A stretch of DNA of 64,000 nucleotides from contig BK006942.2 in the NCBI GenBank assembly GCA_000146045.2, positions 352,001 to 416,000 of the forward strand. The letters run 5' to 3'. This DNA comes from TPA_inf: Saccharomyces. Lineage: Eukaryota. The translations under genes were made by a program, and so were the position numbers. Shown one piece after another: positions 1 to 11,220 of the stretch. Under the pieces are notes generated by a model. It worked only from the letters and a program-made list of their open reading frames with translations, had not been told where the DNA came from and searched no databases. How positions within the stretch are numbered: the first letter of the stretch is position 1; every line of letters begins with the position of its first letter.

Positions 1-1431
1 CGTTCGATCAAGCCAGTAATAGTTTTCTGACCATAGCTTATCATGTGCGTCCAAGAATGGGGAAGTCAATTCAAATACATCAATTTCATTTGTGGTTAAT
101 TCAAGTACCTCCTTGCTCACTAACCTTTCAACTGTGTTAGGTTTTTCAATTGAATCAAATGCGCTTATTCTTAATACCCCCGTTTGTTTTGCAAAGTAGA
201 TGCCCCTAGAGATATCATAGGCAAACGCTCCAAACTCGTAAATATCCTGTTTTAATAAATAAAGTAATTTGTGGGGAGACTTTGTCAGAACGCTTGAGCT
301 GTATTCTATATTTGTTATTTTTATTCCCTTTGATTCAGCACAATCCTTGTACGTCAGTGCTAACTTTTCTTGTGATTCGCTTTTAGGTTTTATGATATTA
401 ACGATACTCACAACACCATACTTTGAGGTTAAATTATCAAAATGCCTGTCAAAAGCTCCCTGAGCTTCAATAGAATCTTTTGTTACCTTAATTTTTTTTC
501 CATACAACAGTTGACTTTCTACAGATTCCCAAAAAAGAGGAATGCTTCCGTTCACTTGAGTATAAGAAAAAATAAACTTTTCTGTGGTTACTACAATTTC
601 TGTCTCAACAAATAGCGACACTCTCCCATCTTCACTAATACCCTCCAATTCTAGCGTATCCTGCTTGCTCTCAGTCGAAATTCTGGAAATAATGGTTATA
701 GAGGCTGTATTTGGGCCGTCTTCTATTAATGCTGTCTTGCAATAACCCCGAATTACAAATGTTAAGAACCCTGCGTTGGCAAAAAGTTGTTTCTCCTCAT
801 TTGAAATCTTGCTTCTCCAGTTGATTACCTCACTTGCTAAGTTAGCATTCCAAATAAATGATAAATCTTGATTATCTACGGTATATTCTAAGTTATGTGA
901 TAAACCATGGTTTTTCACGATATTAGAGATGTCGAAATCTCTAGAATAGTAGAATGTTCCATCACTAAACAGTTTTTTCAGGGGGCCGCAAGGATGCTCA
1001 TGAATCAATTTATCATAGTTTTGCTCTGATCTCTCGCAGAGGAGGTAGTCGAAAACATCATTTTCTAAGCTGTAAAAGTCAACATCCAATACTTTATAAA
1101 TGCTCTCCGAAGGCCTAACTTGATGATCTATCAGTTTCCATCGAGGAAACCCAACATTCTGAACACCAGATATGACGGCAACATATATATCACCATTAAG
1201 ACAAACGAGCCCTAATAATCCATTAAATATGCAACTTTTGACTTCGAGATAGTTACTATCACTTGAAAGATCTGTGTCAGGGTAGGACTTGATTGTTACG
1301 CTAGGAGTTTTACTTAATTGACGCTGCTGAGAACTGGCACCTGGTATGCTGCGCAAACGCTGGAAGGATAAACAGTAGTTGTTGGAAGATATTACAATCG
1401 ACCGTGATCTTCTACCGATGAAGAGTCTCAT
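1..1431 (-). CDS. INP51: Phosphatidylinositol 4,5-bisphosphate 5-phosphatase (synaptojanin-like, Sac1 domain). Only the N-terminal ~477 codons are in the window; the gene continues past coordinate 1.
   Basis: Minus-strand frame with ATG at 1429-1431 reads MRLFIGRRSRSIVISSNNYCLSFQRLRSIPGASSQQR. I checked the first ~37 codons by hand and found no stop. The ORF track omits it, presumably because it has no stop inside the window. The N-terminus is recognised as yeast Inp51, and the gene sits next to YIL001W as in the reference genome. Confidence 0.75.
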   Translation of the reverse strand, partial: MRLFIGRRSRSIVISSNNYCLSFQRLRSIPGASSQQRQLSKTPSVTIKSYPDTDLSSDSNYLEVKSCIFNGLLGLVCLNGDIYVAVISGVQNVGFPRWKLIDHQVRPSESIYKVLDVDFYSLENDVFDYLLCERSEQNYDKLIHEHPCGPLKKLFSDGTFYYSRDFDISNIVKNHGLSHNLEYTVDNQDLSFIWNANLASEVINWRSKISNEEKQLFANAGFLTFVIRGYCKTALIEDGPNTASITIISRISTESKQDTLELEGISEDGRVSLFVETEIVVTTEKFIFSYTQVNGSIPLFWESVESQLLYGKKIKVTKDSIEAQGAFDRHFDNLTSKYGVVSIVNIIKPKSESQEKLALTYKDCAESKGIKITNIEYSSSVLTKSPHKLLYLLKQDIYEFGAFAYDISRGIYFAKQTGVLRISAFDSIEKPNTVERLVSKEVLELTTNEIDVFELTSPFLDAHDKLWSENYYWLDRT

Positions 1432-1939
1432 TGTAGTGAAATGTGCTTCGAATTCATACGATTAACACAACTTTATCAATATTTGCTGACTTAATCCTAG
1501 AATGAAATAGAAAGGCTATTTGATTTGTGTAGATATTTGTTCCAACTTTCCGGTTTACAAATGTTTAACAAAGGGATTCGTTTAGCAATTAGGCAATGCT
1601 AAACAAGAAGGAAAACAGGAAACCCTGAAGGAGATAAAACGACGTCAAGAATAGAAGATAAAAAAAAAGGGACATTAACAGGTTATATTGAAACTCAATT
1701 CCTGCCTAACCTTCTAAATTGAGAATTTAGAAACGGTATCGCTTATTCTGAATTCCTAAAACACCCATCCCTTTTAAGTAAAATAATAATACGTGGACTA
1801 CGTAGATGTGGACACTCAATTTACTTACTATTCTCTATGGTCATATTGACAATAAACAAAAATACAAGAAAAAAAAAACTACAGGAAAGATTTGTCATAA
1901 ATTGTACACTACCACTTGAAAACGACCTTTGGCATATTT

Positions 1940-3481
1940 ATGGCAGATAAATTAATGGACAAAAATTTTGAAGAACTGTGCTATTCATGCCGCACTGGTG
2001 ATATGGACAATGTTGATAGATTGATTTCCACGGGAGTAAATGTGAATAGTGTTGACAAGTTTGACAATTCGCCACTTTTTCTGGCTAGCCTTTGCGGGCA
2101 TGAAGCAGTCGTGAAACTTCTTCTACAGAGAGGAGCCGTCTGTGATAGAGACAGATATGAAGGAGCTCGATGTATTTATGGAGCATTGACCGATACTATC
2201 AGAGATACCCTTTTAAGTTATGATATATCCAAGGCTGTAGATGTCAAGCAACCCTTTGCTACTCATATCTCATCGATGTATAATGACGAAGGCTTCCTTA
2301 AAAGAGATATCACATTCAGAGTTTCGAATGGAAAACTGTTCACAGCGCATAAGTTCTTATTATGTGCAAGGAGCGAAATTCTAGCAGAAAAAATGGTGAA
2401 TGAGTGGGCAAAGCATGAAATTGTTTCTCTTGAAGTGCGCCCAGATATATTTGACATATTTTTGAAATTTCTTTACTTAATTCCGATCCTGCACCAAATT
2501 GAACCGGGACAATATGAAGAACTTATAGAGCTATCTAGTAAATTTGATATTGAGTTATTGCCCGAATTTTTAGACAAAGCAAGGCATACCGCCGATCCTA
2601 CGGAAAAGTCGAGGTTAATGTCAGATTACCAATATAAGTTTACCGAGGTTGCAAGAAGTCAACTTTTAATATTTGTGAACAATTGTATCTTTAGATCTAC
2701 TGTTGATCTTGCTAATAGTGAACGACGAGTTTTTTCCTTGATGAACTGTCCAGCTTATCCGGATGTTCAACTTATGGTAAAAAACCGAAATGGAGCCATT
2801 CGAATATACCCTTGTCACCTGGCTGTTTTGAGCCGCGCAGAATATTTCAAGGTGATGTTCACAAACAACTTCAAGGAGAAAGTTACATATATCAAAGCCA
2901 AGCACGTTACAGGAAAGTATAATAGTATCATTCCACAGCTGACATTACCCAATTGTGAGTTTGAGGTTGCCGAAATTATTCTCCGCTACTTATATGCAGA
3001 TAATACAGACATTCCTTGGATGTATGCCGTCGATGTTTTGTTACTTGCCGATATACTTTTAGAAGACCGCTTAAAAACTATCGCTTCTACAATTATAACA
3101 CAATCAAAAGAGTTTATTCAGCAATACAATGTTTTTGACGTACTCTATTTATCATGGGAAATAGGAGTGGAACGCTTAGAACAATTTGCAGCTAAATTTA
3201 TAGCTATACATTTGCAAGAGTTATATAAAGATCCAGAGATTAAAAGGGCAATTATGTTGAGTTCACAACGAATTTCTCTCCGCCAGGAAACTGATACTAT
3301 TGAACTAGTGGATGACATTAGGTACTATTTGCTCCGAAAATATTCTTTTGAACCGGATGATGTGGAGCTGTTCGAAAACCAAGACGATTTAGAATACCTA
3401 AAACAAGTAGGGTATTTGGAGTACAGAAAAGATATGGGTATGTTAGATAATATCCTAGCTGATCTGGAACTTGATGTATAA
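1940..3481 (+). CDS. Uncharacterised BTB/POZ and ankyrin-repeat protein (YIL001W), 513 aa from the ATG at 1940. The track ORF starts 8 codons earlier at 1916.
   Basis: ORF 1916..3481. An ankyrin-like repeat (NSPLFLASLCGHEAVVKLLLQRGA) lies near the N-terminus. Position immediately left of CEN9 matches YIL001W. The start choice follows the reference annotation from memory. Confidence 0.8.
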   Translation: MADKLMDKNFEELCYSCRTGDMDNVDRLISTGVNVNSVDKFDNSPLFLASLCGHEAVVKLLLQRGAVCDRDRYEGARCIYGALTDTIRDTLLSYDISKAVDVKQPFATHISSMYNDEGFLKRDITFRVSNGKLFTAHKFLLCARSEILAEKMVNEWAKHEIVSLEVRPDIFDIFLKFLYLIPILHQIEPGQYEELIELSSKFDIELLPEFLDKARHTADPTEKSRLMSDYQYKFTEVARSQLLIFVNNCIFRSTVDLANSERRVFSLMNCPAYPDVQLMVKNRNGAIRIYPCHLAVLSRAEYFKVMFTNNFKEKVTYIKAKHVTGKYNSIIPQLTLPNCEFEVAEIILRYLYADNTDIPWMYAVDVLLLADILLEDRLKTIASTIITQSKEFIQQYNVFDVLYLSWEIGVERLEQFAAKFIAIHLQELYKDPEIKRAIMLSSQRISLRQETDTIELVDDIRYYLLRKYSFEPDDVELFENQDDLEYLKQVGYLEYRKDMGMLDNILADLELDV

Positions 3482-3628
3482 TTCCGCATTCAATAACCTT
3501 ATGTATTTTTACGCGTCACTGCGAACGGATGAATATTGCCAATGACTGCTGCGCACTCTTAAAAAATATAATGACAATTATAATAAGAAGTATGATACTT
3601 TTTCTGTAAAAAATATATATACATATGA

Positions 3629-3746
3629 TTCACGTGAAAATTTTTATATTTTTAATTAAATTTTTATAATATTATAAATTATTATAATATTGATATTTAA
3701 AATTAAAAACAAATTATTAATGGTTTTGTTTTCCGAAATGTTTTTT
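3629..3746. other. CEN9: Point centromere CEN9: CDEI (TTCACGTG, 3629-3636), CDEII (~85 bp, >90% A+T, 3637-3721), CDEIII (TGGTTTTGTTTTCCGAAATGTTTTTT containing the invariant CCGAA core, ~3721-3746).
   Basis: Seen directly. RTCACRTG box, then an ~85 bp almost pure A/T stretch, then the TGTTT-TTCCGAA-A-rich CDEIII consensus. The tripartite architecture and spacing are diagnostic of budding-yeast point centromeres. It lies between YIL001W and SGN1 as expected. Confidence 0.9.
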
Positions 3747-4142
3747 ATAATTATTACTTCAGAATAGTTATTTTCACGAATACGAGATACAGGGTAATGA
3801 AAACAGGTGTTATCCAAAAAAAAAAATTGATATATTTTAGATACTTTACATACAGAGGCAAGCTTCAGCTGTAGCCAGGTACATAATATTCCCTATAAAG
3901 TGATCAATATTTTTTAACGAAAAATTAAAAAAAAAAATCCTTGAATAAAGGAATGAAAATATTGTAACAAGCGATGACATTTCTTTTTTTGATTGTAGTT
4001 GTGGCATTTTATATTTGCTTTTGCATTTACCCTATTCTTGAAGGTTTGGATAGACAAGCGAGATAACACCAGTTGTCCTTCAACTTATTCAAAGCAGCAG
4101 CTCACTTAATTATTATTAAGTATACACATGAAAGCCTTGTGT

Positions 4143-4895
4143 TTATTTCGAATCTTTTTCTTGGGTAGAACTTTTAACGTTGTCAGACGGCATGACAACA
4201 GGTTTTTGGGAAGTAGATCTAATATTTTTTGTAGAGTCTTTGGCACTGTTGAAGTGTTTTTTTTGGAAGGTTCTATTCTTGTTATTGTAAGGACTCCTAT
4301 AATAATTGTTCTTATTATATCCGAAATTTTGATTTGGAGACTGATTTGGAGGGTACGGTGGGTAATAAGGGAAGGTATCGGGATTGGGGTAGGCCATTAA
4401 GGGATAATTCCATTGCCATTGTTGGAAATACTGGTTTTGCGAGTTGTAATGCCTATTAAATCCTGGAATGTTAGTTCTTTTTCTGGAGACAGCAATTTTT
4501 TTGCCTTTAAGTTCTCCTCCATTTAATTGCAGGGCTTTTTCTCTGTATGCCGGACTTTCAAATTCAATATAGCCGTAGCCTTTTGGTGTTCCCGTATTCC
4601 TATCATAAAGAAGTGTTATTCTTTTTATCTGGCCACAGTCTTTGAAATGATCTTCTATTTGCTCTGGGGTGACATCCGGAGTGATGTTACCGACAAAGAT
4701 AGAACGCGAGTCAGCTTCAAGTTGATGAGCGTGTTTTTCCTCCTTGCTTAGCTTTTGCGACACCTGTGGAGTGCCCTCGATAGATAGTTTACCCACAAGT
4801 TCATCCAGCTCGAGCTCTTGCTTGTCGTTCTTTTTATTGTTCGAAATTTCAGTCTTTAAGGTTGCCTTAGCATCCACTTTCTCTTCCTGGGACAT
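4143..4895 (-). CDS. SGN1: Cytoplasmic poly(A)-RNA-binding RRM protein Sgn1 (250 aa from the internal Met; the track ORF extends 8 codons further upstream to 4919).
   Basis: ORF 4143..4919 minus strand. Canonical RRM with RNP1/RNP2 (IFVGNI...KGYGYIEF). Position right of CEN9. Confidence 0.8.
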
Positions 4896-5414
4896 AACAG
4901 CAATTGCAAATGATGACACTATGTGACAGCAGATATATGTTTATGTTAATAGGCCTGGTTGGAGAGCGAAAGTTGAGATTACTTACTTAATCAAAATTAA
5001 ATTTGAAATTTGCTGCATTTTAAGGTTACTTTTCGGAGTGTAGGAAATTGTTGCGGTTTTTTTTCACCTAACGAATGATTGATAATCTTTTTCATATCCT
5101 CCAAGAAACAAGCTGTTTATTATGGTGATTGCCACAAATTGAAGCGCTATGCTTAGTGCTTCATGACAGAAAGGTTTTGCATTGGTAGGCGTGGAAGATT
5201 ACAGATTGTACTCGTCGTTGGCTCAATTTTTATATTTTGTTGCTTCAAAAACAGTGCCGTATCCTTAATGAATGAAAAATTCTAAAGAAAATAAGTTGAT
5301 ACTAAAAATATAATGTCCTTGAAGTATTTATGCGATATATAGAAAAATCTATAAATACTTAAATATTACAGCAGCGTTATTTTTGTATAGACGCCGACGT
5401 ATAAGAGTCTCCTA

Positions 5415-8396
5415 TCAAAAATCAGAATCTGAGCCCAGTATGTCATCTAATTCTGCGTTCGATAAGGTAAAAGATTGGGATGAATCATGGTTGACACTGT
5501 TGTTATCGACTTGACTTTTATCGTTAACTTTTACAAATTTTTTTTCGTCTCGTAACATGCCTCTCGCCAAACATTTAGTATAGTTCATATCAATTGTCCT
5601 CTTCTTATTATCATTACTCTCGTCGTTAAATAACGTAATGATTTTTGAAACTTTGTGACAATGCGGAACTTTTACCCCTTTGGTGTATTGTACAAAATTG
5701 GGCTCCACATCGAAGGAAACACCTTCTGGGATATAGCGGTTTCTGAAAAAATTCCAATCGTCCAAACTCAATACCATGTTATTCTTGTCAACAGTACAGC
5801 TCTTTTCTTTTTCAAGGTTGTGTTGATTTCCTCGGATGTCTTTCACATTTTTCTCGATTTTAGTTGGAAGACCACAATCATTCACAAATAAAGCCATATT
5901 AGGGCGTTCAAAATTATGAAGTGGCTTGAGTGTGGTAAGACTTTCGCCAGTGCGAATAATGGCAGTTTCCAAATCTTTTTGGCATCCATTCTGCCCTTCC
6001 GCAATGAAAACATTATTATCATCACTGACTTCTTCATCTTCAGTTTCTAATGAGGAGGAAGCTTCCTCGGTTGAATCATTCTCCAGATTATCCAAAGCTT
6101 TAAAAATCTTCCGCTTCTTACTTGGGTTTTCATTACTCGTTACTAGTTGTTTCCCGCCACTTTCATTCACCAAGAACTTATTAATTAAAGTGCTTGCACT
6201 AACAATACTGGTCTCAACATTATCAGGCATAAAGAACTTCTTCGGTTTTTTATTTTCCTGAACTCTCTTCTTCTTTGTTATGGCTTTTTTTGGCTTCACC
6301 TTTTTGCCCATCATACACTGAGTCGCATAACGAATAACTTCGTCAACATCTTCCATTTCATTAATTATTTCGTTTTCATCATTAATCGTGATCAATGTCT
6401 CGTGACATTCCGGAATAATGTCTTCAGGGATTATCCGATCTGATTTTTTATAGTCAATGCATTGCTTGGATATAAGCGCTTGCAGGGTTGAATAGTCTTC
6501 CATAGCACGCTCGAATTTGTATGATTCATTACTGCTAAACAGTAGTACTATCTTACCATCTCGTTTTCTGCCTGTTCTACCCATACGCTGAATATTTTTG
6601 ATTGGACTACTTGTAGTATCATAACAGATTATTAAATCAACTTCTCCGATATCCAAACCTTCTTCTCCAATTGATGTACAAACGAGAACATTATATTCAC
6701 CCTTTTTGAAATTATGGATAACCTCTTTTTGCATTTTTTGGTTCATTCCGCTAATCTGAGCCTCTTCAGAGCTCCCCGTTCGTCTGGCACTTCTTTCAAG
6801 TTTATCATTCGCCGCTCTCTTAGTTCGTTCAGCTTCCAAAAATTTCTCTTGCTCTTGCCTATGCAATCTCTCTACCTTCTTCCTTCCCTTTGGCGCATGT
6901 TTTCTTGTGTATTTGACCTCATCAAAACCTTCTTTTGCACGAGCTTGTCCAATAAAAATATGAGGCCTGATTTGATCGTCAGCTACCGAGTCTATGAACT
7001 TCACAATTTCAAGTGCGCTTTCTCTTAATTCTGTAAAAATAATAACCCTCGAGTCGGAACCCCTTTTCTGAAAAAAGTCCATTAGTTCATCTCTAACACA
7101 TTGTAACTTCCCATGACCGACAAACTTTGGATCACTTAAATAATTTTCGCATTGATTTTTGATGTTTTTCAAAATCGGATGGTAATAAAACTCAGCTGCA
7201 ATTTTATTAGTAGATTTTTTAAGATTATATTTCGTAGTGAATTCTGTACATTTATTCTGGAAGTAATTGAAAAATGTCCTTATTCCATAAATTTTTAATC
7301 TCTTTAGCATTTGACCCACATTGTTCAATAACTGTAAAATAAAGAAGTTCCTCCACTTAATTCCTTCAGGTATAGTAGGGTTAGCAATAATTTTTTGGCT
7401 TTGTTGCATGGCTTTGAAGGCGTTTATTTGTGAAGGGTCACATTCCTCATATATACCGAGTTCAATTGCCTGTTGAAGCACTGGTTTGACGGCCATACCT
7501 AATTGTTCGATTATGTCTTCAATTTCCAACAAAAGGGGCACTTCAATTTTTTCCTTTTTTCTTTTCTTCATATATTTCACGATATCCATGCTTTCTTCAG
7601 TCCTAATTTCAATCTTGGAAATATCTAAGTTATTAACCACTTCTTGGACACCTTCCAGGTCAGAGGCTGGTGTAGCGGTCAATGCTAATAATCTGTATGA
7701 TGAATTGAACCTATCTATGAATTTTACCACATTTGTATACGCAGAGGAGCCAGTAGCTCTGTGAGCTTCATCGATGACAAGACATACAATATCCTTAGGA
7801 TCCAATACACCCCTCTTCAAGTCATTCTCCACTACTTGCGGTGTGGCAAAGAAAACTCTCTTATTGGCCCAAATTTCTTCTCTATTTTTCCTGCTTTTAT
7901 CGAGTAATATAGCAGTTTGATCCGAAGGTATTCCTGTTATACCTAAGCATGCCTTAATTTGCTGGGCTACCAAAGGTCTTGTTGGAGCAGTAAAGATTAT
8001 TTTGGCTTTTTTGGTCCAACGAAAATAATTTAACATTACTGTACTGGCAATGAACGTTTTACCCATACCCGTTGGGATGGCGCATAACGTATTTTGAAAC
8101 AGTGATTTGTGAACAATTGTATACTGATAATCCCTTACCTCGTAATTTGTAGGGTACACGTAGAACGACAAAGCATCGTAATCAAGCTCATGATGAGTGG
8201 GTCCAAAACTGACATCTCTTTGAATTTCTTCGTACACAGTTTTCTGCCCAGGTAAAACGTTATCATGAAGGTCTTTTTGAACTGGTACAGCACGTCTCGT
8301 TATAGTTTCCTTCACAGATTTATTGATAGCCTTTTCATACAGTTTATCCAGCTCGTCATCTTCGAAATCACTAAAGTAATCATCTGCACTAGCCAT
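5415..8396 (-). CDS. MPH1: 3'-5' DNA helicase Mph1 (FANCM orthologue), 993 aa.
   Basis: ORF 5415..8396 minus strand. Helicase motifs: Walker A (PTGMGKT), DEAH box (VIDEAHRATG), C-terminal helicase domain. Length and position match MPH1. Confidence 0.9.
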   Translation of the reverse strand: MASADDYFSDFEDDELDKLYEKAINKSVKETITRRAVPVQKDLHDNVLPGQKTVYEEIQRDVSFGPTHHELDYDALSFYVYPTNYEVRDYQYTIVHKSLFQNTLCAIPTGMGKTFIASTVMLNYFRWTKKAKIIFTAPTRPLVAQQIKACLGITGIPSDQTAILLDKSRKNREEIWANKRVFFATPQVVENDLKRGVLDPKDIVCLVIDEAHRATGSSAYTNVVKFIDRFNSSYRLLALTATPASDLEGVQEVVNNLDISKIEIRTEESMDIVKYMKKRKKEKIEVPLLLEIEDIIEQLGMAVKPVLQQAIELGIYEECDPSQINAFKAMQQSQKIIANPTIPEGIKWRNFFILQLLNNVGQMLKRLKIYGIRTFFNYFQNKCTEFTTKYNLKKSTNKIAAEFYYHPILKNIKNQCENYLSDPKFVGHGKLQCVRDELMDFFQKRGSDSRVIIFTELRESALEIVKFIDSVADDQIRPHIFIGQARAKEGFDEVKYTRKHAPKGRKKVERLHRQEQEKFLEAERTKRAANDKLERSARRTGSSEEAQISGMNQKMQKEVIHNFKKGEYNVLVCTSIGEEGLDIGEVDLIICYDTTSSPIKNIQRMGRTGRKRDGKIVLLFSSNESYKFERAMEDYSTLQALISKQCIDYKKSDRIIPEDIIPECHETLITINDENEIINEMEDVDEVIRYATQCMMGKKVKPKKAITKKKRVQENKKPKKFFMPDNVETSIVSASTLINKFLVNESGGKQLVTSNENPSKKRKIFKALDNLENDSTEEASSSLETEDEEVSDDNNVFIAEGQNGCQKDLETAIIRTGESLTTLKPLHNFERPNMALFVNDCGLPTKIEKNVKDIRGNQHNLEKEKSCTVDKNNMVLSLDDWNFFRNRYIPEGVSFDVEPNFVQYTKGVKVPHCHKVSKIITLFNDESNDNKKRTIDMNYTKCLARGMLRDEKKFVKVNDKSQVDNNSVNHDSSQSFTLSNAELDDILGSDSDF

Positions 8397-8884
8397 CAGA
8401 GAGAAAAAAGGACACTAAAATAAAACAGAACCGGAATGTGTTGAATAAAACTGAAGTGAGCTACTATATCTTGAATCACAATATCTTAGCTCCGTGATAG
8501 AGCATAGGGCACCTCTATTGATCTCTTCGTGATGCCCGGTTATATACACACGTAACCCCGTAAAAGCCGTTACCCGGTTTATGTCTTTCTGTGAGCACAG
8601 TAAGCTAGGAAGGTCGATGGAGAAGAAGACTCCTGTCTCATATGGAACAACCTTGCAAATTGAGTGCAATTATCCCCTTTGGAGTTTGAATTTTGTGTTA
8701 GTACATTCTCCTTTTTTAACTTGTCTTTTCTACCACATGCACAATGAAAGCAATCTTGTTTTACCAGGCGCGAAGCAAAAGAAAAGGAGAAATATTGAGT
8801 ATATTTTAATTTAAGCTTTCTGATTTAGAAAGTATCATGTTTTGTTGGTGATCTAACAGGAAATCTATTTTGACCGATTATACA

Positions 8885-10924
8885 ATGCCATCGGAAGTTA
8901 CGCCAAAAGTACCTGAGAGGCCCTCAAGGAGGAAGACATCTGAGCTGTTTCCGTTATCCGGCTCTGAATCAGGAGATATTAAAGCTAATAGCGAGCCACC
9001 AACACCAGCAGGAACGCCCAATGTACCAACACGTAGACCCATACTTAAAGCAAAGACGATGACTTCGTTTGAGAGTGGTATGGATCAAGAGAGTTTGCCC
9101 AAGGTACCATTGCAGAGGCCAGTTAGACGCTCCACTACTGAAGAACTAAATAATGTAATGAATAACACCAGTAAGGAGTTAGAGGAGATTGAAAGTTTGA
9201 TTTCAAAGCACAATATACACAATGTTTCCAGGAAAAAAAGTCCAACTTCTGTGGAAGAGGGAAAGGTGGCCGCCATTCATCAAAACGGGCAAAGAAGTGC
9301 ATCAGATAACAAAACTTCTACAAATCCCTCCCCACTCGAAAAAAATGAGCACGAGGGTGCTGAGGGCAATGAGTCTGCTATTTCACCTTCTAATTTAGTT
9401 AACAAGTCTAATAATGAAGTGACAGAGCATAGTGACTCCGAAGACCTTACTGAAAAGCAAAAGGTACATGCTGCCCTAGATAATGAGGCAGGGGATAGAA
9501 GCCATTTTGAAGAAAAGCTCATTCCTGGAGATATGAAAGTACAGGTAGATGTTAGTAAGGACGTAGAAGAAGGCAGCCTCAATGCTCTGCCTCCATCTGG
9601 AATCACAGAATCAGACGACAAAGCTGAAAAGTTCACTAAACATCCTGAATCTAGTTTAGAAGAGCTACAGAAGCATCAAGAACAACAGGAAGAAAAAATT
9701 TTCCAAAATCCAACCGATGAAGAAAGTACTACCTCTTTGAATGAGAAACAAGAAGGCAAGGACAACATGGAAGTGAATTCTCAGCCGCAAGGACCTTCTG
9801 ATACTGAAACAGTTATAGCAGCAACTAGCTCAAACGTTCCTTCACAAATTGCAAGTGAAGAGGAAAATGACGTTCCAGTGATTCCAAGGAGTAGGCCTAA
9901 GAAGGATTTTGAAGCACACGTACAAAAAGAGGAGTTGCCTAACACACAAGAGAAGCGAGTATCAGAAGAGTGTGATTCGACCCTAATTAGTACCGAAGAG
10001 GAAAGTAAAATCCCAAAAATTCCCTCTGAAAGACCAAAGAGACGTGCCCCACCTCCGGTTCCCAAAAAACCTTCTTCAAGAATTGCGGCCTTTCAAGAAA
10101 TGTTACAAAAACAACAGCAACAAGATCTGCATAATAATGGTAATTCTTCAGCTACTACCGCTTCAGCAGATATTGCTAAAAAACACACAGATTCTTCTAT
10201 TACTAGCGATACCACGAAGGCAGATTTTACGAGCAAATTGAATGGACTGTTTGCGCTACCTGGTATGGTGAACCCTGGACAGCTTCCACCTTCCTTGGAG
10301 AAGAAGTTGTCCTCCCCGGATACTGAATCTAAGCTAGGACCCCAGGACCAATCACAGGCAAAAACGGGACCTCTGGGCGGAACTAGAAGAGGTAGAGGAC
10401 CTCGTGGGCGTAAATTACCTTCTAAAGTAGCTAGCGTAGAGAAGATTGAAGAAGATGACAACACTAATAAAATAGAAATATTTAACAATTGGAATGTTTC
10501 CTCTTCCTTCTCTAAGGAAAAAGTCTTAATAGATACTACTCCTGGTGAGCAAGCAGAAAGGGCCTTGGATGAAAAGTCAAAGAGCATTCCCGAGGAACAA
10601 CGAGAACAATCTCCAAATAAGATGGAGGCTGCTCTTTGTCCTTTTGAGCTGGACGAAAAGGAAAAGTTACCTGCTAATGCTGAGTCGGATCCTCTTTCTC
10701 AGTTGCCACAGACGAACGCCGTAGGTAATAGAAAAGCCATAAGTGAGGAATCTCTGTCCCCATCGGAGGCCATCGCCAACAGAGATCAAAACGATACGAC
10801 AGAAATACAGGAACAGCAGATGGAGGACCAAATGGAGGTTGATATGGAAAGAGAACTCTCAGGTGGCTACGAAGACGTTGATTCTGCCTTACATTCAGAA
10901 GAAGCGTCTTTTCACTCCCTTTAG
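8885..10924 (+). CDS. AIM21: Actin-patch and mitochondria-associated protein Aim21: proline-rich, low-complexity, acidic; 679 aa from Met at 8885 (track ORF begins at 8870).
   Basis: ORF 8870..10924. Low-complexity S/E/P-rich sequence with PPPVPKKP polyproline motifs. Position between MPH1 and DJP1. Confidence 0.75.
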   Translation: MPSEVTPKVPERPSRRKTSELFPLSGSESGDIKANSEPPTPAGTPNVPTRRPILKAKTMTSFESGMDQESLPKVPLQRPVRRSTTEELNNVMNNTSKELEEIESLISKHNIHNVSRKKSPTSVEEGKVAAIHQNGQRSASDNKTSTNPSPLEKNEHEGAEGNESAISPSNLVNKSNNEVTEHSDSEDLTEKQKVHAALDNEAGDRSHFEEKLIPGDMKVQVDVSKDVEEGSLNALPPSGITESDDKAEKFTKHPESSLEELQKHQEQQEEKIFQNPTDEESTTSLNEKQEGKDNMEVNSQPQGPSDTETVIAATSSNVPSQIASEEENDVPVIPRSRPKKDFEAHVQKEELPNTQEKRVSEECDSTLISTEEESKIPKIPSERPKRRAPPPVPKKPSSRIAAFQEMLQKQQQQDLHNNGNSSATTASADIAKKHTDSSITSDTTKADFTSKLNGLFALPGMVNPGQLPPSLEKKLSSPDTESKLGPQDQSQAKTGPLGGTRRGRGPRGRKLPSKVASVEKIEEDDNTNKIEIFNNWNVSSSFSKEKVLIDTTPGEQAERALDEKSKSIPEEQREQSPNKMEAALCPFELDEKEKLPANAESDPLSQLPQTNAVGNRKAISEESLSPSEAIANRDQNDTTEIQEQQMEDQMEVDMERELSGGYEDVDSALHSEEASFHSL

Positions 10925-11220
10925 AATCTTATAAATAATATGTATGAATAAACTCTATAGTATGTATCAAGAGAGAAATATGTGAATGACGAGCAAACTA
11001 GAGGTGTTATTAATAATAATGGCATAAAAACTAGATTTTATTCTATATATATATATATATATTTCTTCGACTTTTTTTTTTTTTACCCGCACACCCTGAA
11101 TTTTGTGCTATTTTGAAGCAGAGCGTACTGAACAAATTGGCAGATTTACAAGAGGAATAACAGAGTTATGCTAAATCATTAAGTGTTTCTTGCGGCCAGA
11201 AGGGGCATTATACAAAAGAT

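Noticed and set aside
3643-3653. ARS consensus-like match TTTTATATTTT within CDEII of CEN9.
   Set aside because: An 11-bp A/T-only match is expected by chance in a 93% AT element. No B-elements can be assessed and CDEII is occupied by the centromeric nucleosome. It is not called as an origin.
10093-10587. 164-aa ORF antisense within AIM21 and several 60-140-aa antisense or overlapping ORFs, e.g. 11451-11861(-) in DJP1, 27028-27597(-) in SQT1, 31566-32165(+) opposite MET28, 49915-50313(-) in DAL81, 6714-7028(+) in MPH1.
   Set aside because: All lie inside and antisense to, or out of frame with, confidently identified genes. They have biased or repetitive composition and no motifs. They are typical six-frame noise.
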